NCBI RefSeq assembly: GCF_009834535.1
Contig: NC_045696.1
Location: 28,398,001-28,462,000, forward strand
Direction of reading: 5' to 3'
DNA from: Camelus ferus
Lineage: Eukaryota
DNA: 64,000 nt
Both the position numbers and the translations under genes were made by a program. The notes beneath the pieces are model-generated. The model was not told where the DNA came from. It made no database searches and was given only the letters and a program-made list of their open reading frames with translations. Positions 37,841 to 52,375 of the stretch are shown here, piece by piece (the stretch's first letter is position 1; the number at the start of each line of letters is the position of its first letter).

Positions 37841-39852
37841 TGGGCTAAATAAAATGGTTTTTTTAAATTGTTTTTTCTTCTTTAGGCTACATTGCTATGA
37901 TTTGAAACTTAAGGGGTTCATATAGTTATTTTAGTCTAGGGTACTATAAGAAGCAGAAAGGTCACATCTCTAACCCCATCCATACAAATAATCTATGTTT
38001 CTTCCATAGAAAACTATTACTTGCCAGCGTGCCATGATGAAAGTACTGTTTACACGTGCTATCCTCTCTACTGGGATTGCTTTTTCCATTCTCATTCCAG
38101 TTCCTCTACTTTTCAGCTAGGCTTTCTTTGCACACCTCAGTGTGAAACAAGCATTCTACTTGCTTACATTTTTGAATATATCAGAAAAATCAAAAACATC
38201 TGGGTATATCAAGGGCACAGAATATAATATTTTCATTTTTATATCCCAGATCTTGGCACAAAATATATACTCATTTTTAATGAGAAAATAAGGGGACAGT
38301 GTTTTTGATGTGTCATTTTTATTATTAATATTAAGTAGAAGGTACAGAGGAAAATTCCATGACCTTCAATAGATTTTTTTCCCCTCTTAAAAAACAGAAT
38401 TAAATGTTTGCTTTTAAAAGTATTTGCAGCATTTTCAGTATAGAGAAGTATTTTGCTGTCTAACTTCTAAACAGTGTGTTATTCAGTGATGCCAGATATA
38501 TTTCATTATTTCAACTGGATGCTGTACTTTGACAATGTAAACCCATACTTGCAATGTTCTCCGTAACAACCTGGCAAGGTAAATCAATAGCCTCCAGGGA
38601 AGATTTTCTGTATTATTTTTCTTAGAATCTTCAGTGTCTTGAGTTGATGGCACACAAAGGAGCTCATAATATGTTGTATGTTTTACAGTTTTTACATAAT
38701 ACGTTTTACAGTCAAAGGCTGCCAATGAAGGGTACTCGGCACATCCTCTGTTAAAGTAGGTATTTCTGAAATTTAGGAAATTTGATTGATTATATTGATT
38801 CCAGGGTTCTGTGCCACTGCTTTTCATTTTATGGGGCATTACAAGGCTCTTTTCCAATGGTACCTAGTGCTCAATAGCCTTTCTCTGAAGTAATAACTAT
38901 TCTTCAGAGGCTCATGGTGGTTATATTCTTCTCTTCCTTCCTGCGTCTCTGACATTCTCTCCAATTTGGCTACATTCAGGAGAAATCAAGCTGAACTCAT
39001 TCAGGAAACAAAGTTCTTTCCAAGCCATGTGATAAGGTTAAATGAAAGAGCTGCCTTTGGCAGACAAGAGATCTTTTCTGATGAATTAAATTATACAATC
39101 CATTAGGATAGAAAATATACATCATGCCAATTTGATTTAACACATGGATCATGTATTTAGCCTTAGGGCTGAATTACATCTTCAAGAGTTGCTGTTGGGT
39201 TGCTTCCACAAAGAAAATATTAATGTCCAAACCTCTGAATGACACCACCTTTTTGCCTATTTATTTATGAAATGAACATTTATTGAGTATTATAATGTAG
39301 AAATAATGCCATAGAGAAGCTCAAACTCTACTAAGAAATAAACTTTTAAAATAATGAAAAGTTGTGATAAGTTCTATATAGTTGGTCTACAATGTGTGTA
39401 AAATTCTATGAGTGTGCAGAAGATGGAGGAATAATTTTTTCTTGGTATCTGGCCATGAATAATGTAGTTGGTTTTCTAAGATAACTCTTCAAGTCTAAAT
39501 CTTCCATTGTATAGGACAGAGGAATAGACAAAGAATAGCATATAGGCTCCCCTTCACCATTCTTAAAGACCTTTCTTGCTAAGCCTGTATACTACATCAG
39601 ATTGTTCTCAACCTAACAATGTGGCAGATACTGCCAATTAATCAGAGTTGGCTGTCCCTCAAGATAAAAACTTCTATCATCTTTGCTGATGTGGACCAAA
39701 TTCTGATGAAACTTGGTAGAGACTTACTAAAGAGTAATCTGCCAAGAACATTCAGCACAATGACCTTGAGAAGAATATCCAGTGAGAAAGTTAGATTTAC
39801 TTTCCGGTATGAATTACATTCAACCATGTAAACATGCCCTGAAGATAAATGT

Positions 39853-39940
39853 TATATGTGTGTATGTGTATGTATGTGTGTGGGTATGTATGTTTGCATG
39901 TATGTTTGTGTGTATGTATCTATGTTGTGTATGTGTGTGT
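39853..39940. repeat. Imperfect (TG)n/(TATG)n microsatellite
   Basis: tgtgtatgtgtatgtatgtgtg... Confidence 0.9.
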
Positions 39941-40221
39941 TTTTGCTATTTTAGAATTTTTTGTCTTTTTAATATTATTTATTGTTTTGTATTAGGATTT
40001 TTTTATATTATTTATATAATGCTGTTTACATTAAGAATATATTTGATAAAGATATTTTTAACATATATTTGATAAAGATAATTTAAAGTGAAATATATTT
40101 GATAAAGATGTGTTGGAAATCAATTTTTGTTTTCTATTTTAAATAATTAGATATAATATGATCATGATGACTATTTGCTGAGCGCCCACAGAGCATGTGT
40201 AAAAAACTAGCTTCAACTTCT

Positions 40222-40347
40222 TGTGGGAGGGGTATATATCTTGGTGGTAGAGCACATGCTTAGTATGCACGAGGTCCTGGGTTTAATCTCCAGTACCTCC
40301 ATTAAAAGATTAAATAAATAAATAAGTCAATTATAGGAAAATAAAAT
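40222..40347 (+). mobile_element. tRNA-derived SINE (camelid Vic-1-like)
   Basis: 'gggaggggtata...tggtagagcacatgcttagtatgcacgaggtcctgggtttaatctccagtacctcc' plus tail; 21-bp TSD with 2 mismatches (40201-40221 / 40348-40368). Confidence 0.92.
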
Positions 40348-43300
40348 AAAAAACTAACATCAACTTCTAAAACAAGGGACATACTCTAAAAATATTTAAT
40401 TTTAACATTTTTTAAAGACATAAAAAGTATATTTTTTATAAAATTGAAAAAGAAAACATGCTGCCAATGAAGTCAAAATTAGCATTGAAGGTAGCAATAT
40501 ATACAACTTTATATTTAGAAAATTGAACTTTACATTCCAGACCCTGTTCTTGGATATGAAATTGTGATTACTTGTCTGTATAAATTTCTAAATATAATAC
40601 ATAATGTCTCAAGAAAACAGCAGCATCCTTTCATATGAAGAATTTATTTGGGATCTGTTACCTGTTTTCTATGTTGAGTGTACTTTATTAATCCACAGCG
40701 ATATTTTTCTGAATTATATGTGAATTACATGTCATTATCATTGCTGTTATATCATTTTTGATTTGCCATTAGTGGTTTAACTCACCATATGAATTATGAA
40801 ACTGTTGTTCATAAGGTAAATACTAACTTCATTCATTTTCTATGACATTTTTGCATGAGGAAAAGTGCTGCTAACATAATTACAAGATGGTCGTTGTGAT
40901 TTCATTGGAATTCTGTGGATTATAATGGGTACCAATTAATTTATGCAACATACTGAGTGCTTCATTTCATTCACCAGAAATTAAAAAGATGTCTACACTA
41001 CAGCTTTGTGGTTTTACAGAGACTCGGTTATCCTTCATCCCACAATAATGGCAGTGAAATTGGTTTCCAGACATGTTGCCTTTAAATTCTCATTAAGAAT
41101 AACAGAGCTAGAAAGAAATTGCTGTCATTGAAAAAAATTTCCAAGGCAAAATATGATGATTTACATTATTATTTTCATCTTTGGAGTTACCTATGAGTAT
41201 TTTTTCAGATAAATGCTGTAGCAGTATTATTATTATGCATATTTCTCTACTATATTAACCAGCACATCCTAAAAATACTAATATTTTGCTTTTAGTGAAA
41301 CTCTCTACACATATTACATAAATTGAGGAAAGGGATCTTCTCATAGTACATCCTTCTGTATTGTTCTTACTATTTCCAAAAGATATTTTTTTACTATTTT
41401 TATAAAAAGAAGTTAGAAATACATCCCATGGCTTTCTATTACCATAGAAATGAATTTTTAAAAAATCTTGTTCGGATGAACAGCCTATCTTCCTGTTTTT
41501 TGGGTTTTTTTTCCTCCCTTTCAAGTTTGTAAGTAAGCACTATTGTGGGGAAAGATTGTAAGGTAATAGATTTCTGGAAATCGTTTTGAGATGAATGAAT
41601 TTGTTTACTAGATAAATAAATCTTCTGTGTATACCTATTGAAAATAAGAATCAAAAAGTAGGATTCTCTAATTCAGCCAACTTGGAATAAAAGTAATATA
41701 TTAGATAAAATCTTCGTATTCTAATCCATGTTTGATATGTATATCATCAATGTGACCTTGGGAGTAAAAAAATTATTTTAAATTTACATCTTTCAACCTA
41801 GCATGAGGAAAATGCTGCTGACAAACTGAAAAAGAAGTCTTGGAGCAAATAAAGTTCTTTATATATTAAGCTTATATAGCTGTTGAGGAGAATGAAGGAT
41901 AATAAAAGATTAAGGAATCTATTAGAGGACAATTAAAAGCTCCAACAATTGTGATAGTCATTTTTTTCAAAATTGTCTAATTTATTCTAGGTCATTGTTT
42001 TCTGAAAATTAAAAAAATAATTTCGTCATGATGGAAGAATTATTTTGACACTTTTTCTGTTATATAAACAATGGTGCTTTATCTAGAACTGAAGACAGAA
42101 TTTCATCTGAGTTCATGGCAAAGTATAATTAATGGCTTAACAAAAATAGATCCGCTATTTTCTTCTCAGACTTGAATTGAGTTTTTAAGCATAATAGGAT
42201 TTAAAATAATCAGTGGTAGAAAGTATAACTTTTCATTCTAAATAATATTCCATCTTATGGCTTCTGCTTTATTGGCCAGTACTCACTGAGTATGCGACCA
42301 GTCATAAATAACAATCAGAATTTACCGTACACTTGCCACATGTAATGCTCTGTAGGTATTTTTTTTGTATATTCTGAAATTTGGTTTTCCAATCAATGAT
42401 ATGATAGAGATTCCATATTTTCTCACTTTTCAGGTAAATAAGTTGGAATGCAGATAGGCTAAACGGCTTTTCCAGAAATGGCAGCCTAGTCAGATTTGAG
42501 CAAGGTGGGCCTAGCCCTTCTTTCTAAGTGCACTCTGCTGTCTCCATGTAACTCTATTTGATATTAAGAAATTGACATTTACACAGCATTGTGTTTAGCT
42601 TCACTGTGCTTAGAGAATCCGATGGAGAAGATTGGAAATATGCTCAATAAAGTAAATAAGAGATCATAGTACTGAAATCATAGGAGAAAATATAGATTAA
42701 AGTATAATTAATATTTAGGTTCTTTTAATTATTTCTACACGAGTCTTTAATAAAAAGCATTTAGAGGAGCCTATCCTTTTGAAGAACTGCTCTTTAAGTC
42801 AGAATAGAAAGAACACATAATGTTATTTATTTTAATATTTTTTATTGTATGCAATTAAATCCTCAGCAAATGTCAGAGATTAATTTTTGGCACACAGATT
42901 AAGTTATGCATCTGCTGATAAATTAAAATTGTGTGAATAAAATTCTAAAAAAATTATCTGAATTATATTATTAAAGAAGCATGATAATATTTAATGTTAA
43001 ATGCCAGTAACTATATAATAAGCATAAATATTTTAAAGTCAATACCATTTATCTTATTTAAATCTATTTTAACTATAATTATAAAATTACAATTATAAAA
43101 GAATTGTTTTTAAAAATAATATTGATTAATTCATTTTGATTAATTAATTAATTAACTAGATTAATTTTGATTTGGTATTTTAAGAGGTTGATTCTCAATT
43201 ATAACATATTTCTTTATTACCATTATTTCAGATATCTTTGTTTATAATAATGGTTATATTATTCTTGTATTTTGACATATGTTGTCATACCTATAGATGT

Positions 43301-44189
43301 TATAGGTGTTACATTTTAATGCAAATTAATATAGTGCATATGAATAGCAACATTATTACTAAATATATCTTAATATATTTTATGTTTTGACTCAATAGAT
43401 AATATACTTTAATCACAAGTAAATTAGGCTTTGATCAATGACCCTGAAATTTTGAAATGAAAAACAGTGAAAACTAATAAATATGTCCCATGTTCATGGC
43501 GAAATATGCTTTATTCATGATTTAGCTGTCTGGGATAGAGCAACTTAAAATTTCAGGTAAAGGTACATTTGGTTGGAGACAAAACTATAAATCTCAAAAG
43601 CAAAAGAATAATGATTGTTAACTAGCTTTTTATTGTGTTCAACATGGTAATAAGAGTCAGAAGGAACTTGGATTTTTATCAGTTTCCAGTTTTCAATTTT
43701 AATGTTTAATTTTCTTTCTCTTGTGGTTCTTCTGTGTTTTTCAATCACCCTGACTCTTTTATCAGTTTCATCTCTTTAGTTTCTTTTCAGTTTCACATAT
43801 TCTTAACTTATGTGTCTTCACATGCGGTTGCTGACCTTTTGGCCAATGTTTGTTCCTCACCTGCACTGTTACGTCTCCAAGGAATACATATTTACTTGTG
43901 TTCTGCTAGGCAGTAATGATGATGGGCCCAACAGACATTACGTAAAGTAATTTTAGAATAAACTCTTTCAAGGTTAATTTCCCATGCATATTTATATATG
44001 TCACTATCCAAGACTTGCACTTGATTATAGAACAGTTTGTCAAAACTTCCCAATTTCTATGGCTAGACTGACATGAAACCATTTTATCCTAATGAAAGGC
44101 AATCCTTAGTAAATTCAAGGCCTCCAATCAGACATAACATTTCTTTGGAGGCTGTCTACAAGTATGCATCAATATGTTTGCAGTTTAAT

Positions 44190-44330
44190 TTGTCCATGTT
44201 TTTTCCTACCAAAAGTTTTCAGATTTTCATTTGCAGAACTGAAATGTCACAGGGTTATTGTGAAGACTAAATGAAATAATTTATGTAAACTGTTAATTAG
44301 ATTGGCATAGTCCATGCTCAATAAAGTTTC
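44190..44330 (+). mobile_element. MIR SINE fragment
   Basis: 'tcacagggttattgtgaagactaaatgaaataat...tggcatagtccatgctcaataaa'. Confidence 0.75.
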
Positions 44331-44593
44331 TACCTCCAAATCAATTTCCTTAATTTATAAAGAAAACAGTCAGTCACTCTGTCTTACCAAACATTAGTAG
44401 ATATTTACTTGACAGGAAACTGCCCACGACAAGATTCTTTTCCAAAGAATTGTCTGCTTTGAATGTAAAAAGGAAGAATTTATTTTTGTCCCTTTCAGTG
44501 TTTTCATTCTTTTTCCTGACAGCCAAATATTTCATATGCATTGAGTACAATTAGCAGAGCAGGTAAAACTGTAGAGATGTAAATTATTCTAAT

Positions 44594-44860
44594 TGTGGCA
44601 GCCATGGAGGTGTGCCACTCAGGCCTCCTAGCAAGAGAGTACCAGCTGGGGCAGGTTGAGTTAGCTGGCAGCTCCCACCTGCTGCATCTTCTGGTCTCAC
44701 TGAAGTATTCAGGACTTCCTAGGTCCTAGGTCCTTCCACACTTTCTCCTGGATGTTCTCAGTGAACTAGTGAGCAGCATGAGGGCAAGAGACCTGGGCCA
44801 CTTCTGCCAAATGTAGACACCTTGAATGGGAAATCATTGCAGTGGCCTGGCTGAGACTAG
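44594..44860 (+). mobile_element. LTR33-like ERVL LTR 5' fragment
   Basis: Starts tgtggcagccatggaggtgtgccactcag; 'gttagctggcagctcccacctgctgca'. Confidence 0.7.
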
Positions 44861-45378
44861 AAATAAAATTATGTGCATAAAGAGTACTGCATTTGGTATT
44901 ATTCAAAATTTCCATGCCATTAAGTAAGGGTGTAAGAAATCACCATATTTACCATGGAATGAGACCTCCATTGTTGTGTTTTGCCAAGTGAGAATTATAT
45001 ATTCACATTTTCTGATATTACAATGGTCAATTTGAAAAAATTAGTTATCAGAATCATCAAAGAGAGTTTTAAACAGAGCTCTACTAATTTCAGAAGTAAA
45101 TTTAATAAAATTATAGACTTCTAAATCTATACCTTCTTACCTTGAACTCTTTTTTTTTAAATAATACATTATATACCACAGTGTAATTTTATATAACATA
45201 ATAGATTGATTTTTTTAAAGAGTTGTAAAGTGTCTTCAAAATTATCCTGTATACTCCCCTCATTCTACATAAGAGCCAATTAAGATTTTGAGAAACTAAG
45301 GTTACCATCATTACCAGAACCAGAATTAAAATCCCTGTCTCTTTTCATCTTTTCATCAAAATAGTCCAGTACTCTTAC

Positions 45379-45795
45379 TTTTTGTTGAAGTATAGTTGGT
45401 CTGCAATGCGTTAATTTCTGGTGTACAGAATAGTGATTTACTTACACATATATATATTCCTTTTTATATTCTTTTTCATTATAGTCTATTATAAGATATT
45501 GAATATAGTTCTCTTTGCCATACTGTAAGATCTTCTTGTTTATCTATTTTATAAATAGTAGTTAGTATCTGCAAATCTCAAACTCCCAATTTATCCCTTC
45601 ACCCCTCTTTTCTCCTTGGTAACTGTAAGTTTGTTTTCTATGTCAATGAATCTGTTTCCATTTTGTAAGTAAGTTCATTTGTGTCTTTTTTTTTTAGATT
45701 CCTAATATAAGTGATGTTATATGGTATTTTTCTTTCTCTTTCTGCCTTACTTCACTTAGTATGACAATCTCCAGGTCCATCCATGTTGCTACAAA
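45379..45795 (-). mobile_element. Young L1 3' end, 5'-truncated
   Basis: 'ttgaagtatagttggt...gtatctgcaaatctcaaactcccaatttatccct...ccaggtccatccatgttgct'. Confidence 0.92.
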
Positions 45796-47011
45796 AAACA
45801 GTATAGTGTTTTTAATATTGCTTTTGATCAGAACAAAAGTTTAAGGGTTACACATGGAGTTTTACTCCGACTCCAATCATTTCTCAATCATCCCTCCAAA
45901 TGTTAGACTGTCTCAGAGCACAAAATGTGGAAAAGTTACATAAAATAAATCCACATGTATTAGAATTTCAGATAAAGGGAACTGGGGCTTAAGAAAGATT
46001 TGTTGATTATTGCAAAACTTGGAGTCTCAATTCTAAATGCAATGCAGAATGATTTATGGATGCAAAGTGCCCTGCTTCATCTCAAAGAGGAATCCTTCAT
46101 ACTCTAAGTGTATGCCAGTGCAAATTATCAATAGATCAGACTTCAGTGCCAAAATGCAATTTCCTTCCTTTCCTATCTAAAATAAGTGGCATTACTCTAA
46201 TTCAGTTATTATATGTTTTTAAAGAATTATTTTCTTGAAGACACAATATATTTCTTTTATAAAATACTGATGCAATCATGAGATTAACAACTTTTTATTT
46301 TATTAATATCCACTCATACCAAAACACCTTGTTTTCTCATAGTTTATGCTAATACACACTAATCTTTTAATCCTACAGAGAGCTACAAGTGTGCATTGGG
46401 TAGGGGAACAAAATCCTGTGAGCTCAATATGTTAATGCCAGAGGGCTAGAAAATGAGCTGTTCTGTGTGTAAATTTTAAAAGAGCATGCAGAAAAACTTG
46501 TTGCTAAAATCTGCTTCAAATGAGAAGGATTTTCATTAATGATGAGAAAATGTGGGTCATGGTCTCTGGGGATGTACAGATGAGTTTACAATGGCAATTT
46601 CAAAGAGCAAAGCCTATTAGGCAGATGGTATCATGGAAAAAAAAAAAATGGGGCCCGTGCTGAGAGGAAGGAAAAGTCCAGATCCTCTTAAAGTGATAAA
46701 TACAATGGAAGGTGGGAAAAAAAGAAGATAAGAAAATACAGATTCAGAGCTAGAAAATTCATAATGAATATTTGAATTATGGCAAAGATATTTTTAAAAA
46801 AGAGAAAATAAACTTTAAAAGCCATAAGAGGTAAGTATGTCAGACAAGTCTTATGCATTTGACCACTTAATTTACTATAGCTCCACAAAAATATTAACTG
46901 AAATTTGATCGGCATTCAAAATTTTATTGTTAGAACTGATTATAATCTAAGAATTGCCAGGTCACACTTTTGTTTTTTATTTATTTTATTAAAAAATTTT
47001 CATATATATAT

Positions 47012-47577
47012 ATATTTATTGAAATATAGTCAGTTTACAATGTTGTGTCAATTCCTAGTGTATAGCACAATAGTTCAGTCATATAGGAACATACATATAT
47101 TCATTTTCATATTCTCTTTCACCATAAGTTACTACAAGATATTGAATTTAATTCCATGTGCTATACAGTATAAACTTGTTGTTTATCTATTTTTTTATAT
47201 ATTAGTATCTGCAAATCTCAAATCTCCAACTTATCCCTTCCCATCTCCTTCCCTCCCTGGTAACCGTAAGTTTGTTTTCTAAGTCTGTGAAGTCTGTTTC
47301 TGCTTTGTAAATAAATTCCTTTGTCTTTTTGTTTGTTTGTTTTTAAGATTCCACATATAAATGATATCATATGGTATTTTTATTTCTCTTTCTGGCTCAC
47401 TTCACTCAGAATGACATTCTCCAGATTCAACCATGTTGCTGCAAATGGGATTATTTTATTCATTTTTTATGGCTGAGTAGTATTCCATTGTATAAATATA
47501 CCACAGCTTCCTTATCCAGTCATCTGTCCAATGGACATTTAGGTTGTTTCCATGTCTTGGCTATTGTAAATAGTGCT
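47012..47577 (-). mobile_element. Young L1 3' end, 5'-truncated
   Basis: 'ttattgaaatatagtcagtttacaatgttgtgtc...ggacatttaggttgtttccatgtcttggctattgtaaatagtgct'; T/(TA)-rich decayed tail at ~46968-47015. Confidence 0.92.
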
Positions 47578-47799
47578 TTTAAAAACATACAATAACCTTG
47601 GATATAAACTCCATTTAATTTAAACTTTTATCTAATCATTTCATACTTATATTTACTTTTCACCCATATTTTCCAAATAAATTGGAATATAGCAATGTGT
47701 GTGTGAATATAGCAATGACTTCTTAAACTTCTAATTTCTTCATAAGTAAGTTTGTTGATGCAATGCATTACCAGTTTTCCAAATTTAAAATTACTTCAT

Positions 47800-48790
47800 T
47801 ATTTATTTTTCAATTTTATGATAATCTGCTTATCTCAAAATTATCAAACACTGAAACATACAAACAATAAAGAAAAAATAATTTCAAGACCTACTATCCA
47901 GTTGTAAACATTGTCAACACTTTTGAGAAAATCTTTCAGATATCACTCTATATTGTACACATATGTTAGCAAATGATTTAACAAAAACGGAGTAAGATGT
48001 GTGCTGCTTTATAAACTTTTTGTGGCTAAGAATCTTCTGTGACATCTTTCTTATCTATAAATATCTGTCCCTTTTATACAAAGTGTTATCATTTAGTGAG
48101 CACTTACTATGTTCTAGAATATAGCAATGTAAGAGCATATAACAGGTGTTAAATGTTGATTGTTATCGTATTACTTAATCTTTACAAAGATTCTATATAT
48201 TAGTAATCATTATATTTATGAAATTTTTAAGGCCATACAGTTATAATTTTTTCCTTTTCTGATGTCATTAGATGTTCTTAACATTTAATCAATGAATATA
48301 GGGTATTTACCCCAAAGTTATCTAGTCAATCCTCTTTTTATGTATTTCTAATTTATGTAGAATGTCTCATAATTACAAAAATATTTGGTTTACTTTTGCC
48401 TTTAAATTTTTATCTATTCATAATAAACCCCTAGAATATAAACTGTTAGTTCAAAGGAAATGCAGTATTTAGATTTTGAGATATATTGACAAATCACTGT
48501 ATAAATACTGTTCATCAAATTACAGTCACCCTGTTGCTTTCAATGCAAGGTATAGTCAATATTTTAAACTTTCTCCAATCTGATAAAGCAAAGAAATCTC
48601 ATTTTTATATACTTTTATATATGTTATCATTGACAGTTTAAATTATTATATTGTGAGTTCTCTGTCAATCTTTTCAATATTTTTCTATTGGGCTATTGGC
48701 CTTTTTATTGATTTGTAAGAACACATATCAGAGATATTCCAGTGTAACATAAGAATAAATAGTTTTTCCTGATCCATCACTTTACTTGCA
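47800..48790 (-). mobile_element. Ancient L1 (L1ME-like) 3' region with a possible nested MIR (~48085-48220)
   Basis: 'cattgtcaacacttttg', 'ttagattttgagatatattgacaaat', 'tttttctattgggctattggcctttttattgatttgtaaga'. Confidence 0.65.
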
Positions 48791-49774
48791 ACATTCTAAT
48801 AAAAACATAAGTATGCTGATATTTGTATTTTATTTTGTTCAAAGCTATCAAATGTATAAAACTTAACAAATGTATGAACATGAAACATAATCCATGGTTT
48901 CCTTAAAAACATATGTGGGTTATCTACTAATCTTTTCTGTGCTTAATTTTTAGTTGAATTTCACTGTGAATAGAGAACTTCTGATCTCAATATTTTGAAA
49001 TTTGTTGTGACCAGCTTTAAAAATCAGTAAACTTAGTAAATTAAGCAAATCAGTACTTTTGACAACTGTTCTCTGTACTTAAAAAGAATGTTTATTCTAA
49101 TATTATTAAGCACCAGCAACATTAAGTTTTAGGGGACAGTATAAAAAAAAGCAAAGAAAATTGAGAATAACTAAAGTATAATCAAAGATGTACGGCCATA
49201 ACCAAGAATGAGCGTGGGGCCAACTGTGTCATAGGCTGCCAGCAGGAGAATGGAGTGATGATAATCAGATTTGTTTTCATAAATCATTGGGAAACTTGAC
49301 TGTAGAAGTTTTAAAAAGGTGGTAATAAGGGCATTATCTGATAGCTCTAATATAGAATGAAAACAAAATTGGAGAAGAGATGTCTATGTTTGATTCCTTT
49401 ATGGCTATGAGAAGGAAGATTCAGTTTTCCATTATTGTGTTGTCCTCCCCAAGTCTGAGATCTAAAGGAATCTAGAAAAAAATTTCCTTTAGAAATACAG
49501 TTTCTATAAAGTCTTAATTCCAGATTGGACTGAGGTAAGAATATCCAACATGAATTTATTACGACTGGCCTTTCATTTCCTAGTGATTACTATTACTAAT
49601 ACAGTAATCTAAAACAGACTTATGCAATAACATAGAATAACTTCTCTATTTTTTTTTTCCTTTTGGTACCTGGTTGTTTATTATTTGGTCTCCATACATT
49701 TGCATCTGAGAGAATTATATTCTTAAGTAATTTCCACAGAGCAAGGGCAAGGTAGAACATGACCCATTGAGAGA

Positions 49775-49830
49775 AAACAAGAACAACAATAACAAAACAA
49801 ATAAGCAAACAAACAAACAAACAAACAAAA
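49775..49830. repeat. (CAAA)n microsatellite
   Basis: caaacaaacaaacaaacaaacaaa. Confidence 0.9.
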
Positions 49831-50479
49831 AGAATTTATCAGTTATGGAGCCCTTAACCATGTTACATGTGAGAATAGTCTACCAACATTGTGCTTAAAG
49901 CAGTGTATTCCAGCCATGTAAGTTCTTGTCTCTATACTTTTATGCAGGGTGTTTGAACTCGTAAAATATGAAGCTGTAAATAAATAGACTTTACAGCATA
50001 TAATTCCTGAAATAGAATAGGCTATTGTCCTTTAGGGTGCATGGAATGCCTGCAGGGAAAACCAAAGGATAATAAAACAGTAAAGATTTTTCCATTTGCA
50101 CCAGGAAACTACAAAGAACATAAGCAGGGTACAATCATTAAAAACACTATTCTTTCACAAGTGCTTTGTCTTTCTGCCTTGCTCTAGTGTACTGTTTTTG
50201 TTTGAAATTCAAAATATTTTAATTTAAGCAGTTATTTAGTGGCTTGACGTCGTGGTTACAGCCAGCCTTACTTGTAACCACAAAAGCCAGGTGCATGGAT
50301 CACACTATATTCAAAGTATTGTAAAAAAATCTCTCCACACACAAAGATCTTCCCAATTCTGTGACTATACACTACTGGCAAAATCCTTCTAAAAAGTCTA
50401 TTCCATGGAATTCGTGTTTTGTTTTTTGTTATCCTGTGTTATTTTAAGTGTTATTTGGAAGGATAATACATTGTGCCGT

Positions 50480-50840
50480 TAATCTCTTAGCACCAAAAAG
50501 TCACTCTCTTTTAATAATCAAATCTGTCCCCATAAGATTGTTTTAAAGATTAATTGACTTTCTAGAAAGATGCCTGGTATAAAATGTGTTCAATACATGT
50601 CAGTTATTATCTTTACATACATTCTATTTGTTGAAATCTCAACATTTCAGGAGTATTTCAGTTAATACAGTTAATGATCTTGTTGGTAGATAATATTATT
50701 ATTCACATTTTACATAACATATACATTTACAGAACTAGAGAGAGAAAGTAACATTTGAAAGCTCAACCACATGCAGAGCTATTAAATGGTGTAATGATTC
50801 TACTAATTGTCTTTTAGTCAGTCTTCAGAGTTCATGAATA
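50480..50840. mobile_element. Two decayed MIR fragments (+ then -)
   Basis: 'ccataagattgttttaaagattaa...tgcctggtataaaatgtgttcaata' and 'attattcacattttacata...aagtaacatttg'. Confidence 0.5.
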
Positions 50841-52375
50841 CTGCATCTCAAATTATCTAGAATTTTCTGATCCAAGTAGAAAGATCTTATAGGAGAACTT
50901 AAGAAATTCAAAGAAAAAAGACTTTGAAAAAGTAGAAAATACTAGAAATTTTCTTTAATATGAAGATTAAGAAAATTTCACTGAATTTAAGTGAGAAACA
51001 ATTTGTAATCATTAATGTAAATTGTTAGGAGGATACTTGAAGAGAAGCCAAATTTTAGGAATATCAGAAAAAATTATATGTCTAGTGGGTGGAAATAATG
51101 TGCACACACAATCCATTTTGCTAATTCCCACCTTTACTGAGCATTTATTCTGAATTAGGAACAAGTTTGAGGGGTTCTTCAAGAACACAAAAAGAAAAAA
51201 ATTAGGCTGTATCTGGAGCTGATAGATTTACAGAAGATGTAGGCATATAAACATGAGAAAATTTATGACTGACTCTTTTACTTGTAAAGTTTTCCAAAGG
51301 TTTATTCATTCAGTTTATTTGCACACACAAAAAACAAGTCTAGTTATGAATATTTGGCTATGTTCTATCTTGACTTAGAAAATAGATACCCAAAAGCTTT
51401 TACTTAAACTTCAAGAATTTAAAATACCAGAACTACTGAGAAATAACTTAAAACTTAAAGTTTTACATTCTGCCTATCAATATGTCTTTATAAATTGGAA
51501 ATTCTAAGTTAAATTTCAGTTAATATTCTTTATTCCTTTAAAAGTTACTTTAGTTCTTCCTAAGTTTGATTCCAAGATAGATTTATTAAAATTTAAATTT
51601 ATTTTTACTTTTTTATTGATTTCAAGAGTTTATCTTGATAAGAGCTTAAGAAAAAATACTTATTGTGCAGCATATACTATTCTGAGTGCAAAATACATTT
51701 GCGTACACCAAGTGTTGAACTTTGTAATTAAATATGCTAACATAGTAATTACCTGTTCAAATTATGATGCATAATTAGTATAAGTGCATATAATTACATA
51801 GTTACATGAAACATCCATGTGATAATAAAAAATCTTACAGTATTATTGAAGATGAAAATGGAGAATTAAATAGTACAGTGAATTAAATTCAGAGAAAATA
51901 TCCATGGCTCTCACAATGTGCTCTGTCATTCTCTTTCCTATTGATTAGCAGTTGTTTACTTAGCACAGTTAAATTAATTCTTACTGTTGCTTTCAACAGT
52001 TACAAATGAAAGAAGCAAATAAGGTAAAAAATTGGATTAAGTAATTTAGCATTTAGATGACTATCTGAATCACTCAGAATAATTAAGTCCATAACAGAAA
52101 AGTAAGAATTTTCCTAATGTCAACAGTGTCTAACATGAGTTGTGATCTATTGATTTCAGAAAGAGATGAATAATTCTAAAATTAGAATAATTATCTTTGA
52201 TAAATGTGTGATAGAATGAAGATAGCTAAAGAGTAAGTCAATGCATTTATCTAGAAGTCTCTTTACTACAATATTACCCTGCTTACTGTTAGATTTTGAT
52301 GAGCAATGTGTTGTGATTTTTTTTCATACACATGGCAGGAAATTTGCAAAAGCTGCTTTAAGTTTTCATTGAGGT

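Larger units (their letters stand above)
36385..37890. mobile_element. MER33/MER3-like hAT MITE broken into three pieces (~36385-36504, 37127-37221, 37841-37890)
   Basis: 'actagccaaatgtg...aaaatacacacc' | 'atttttatattgattacacattgcaataataata' | 'tgggctaaataaaat' are collinear once the two LTRs are removed. Confidence 0.7.

Noticed and set aside
38483..38857. 124-aa minus-strand ORF
   Set aside because: Non-ATG start, no recognisable domain and no exon structure.
40037..40109. CRISPR-like repeat-spacer array
   Set aside because: Only three 17-bp AT-rich repeats with 9-13 nt spacers, in a mammalian context with no cas genes.
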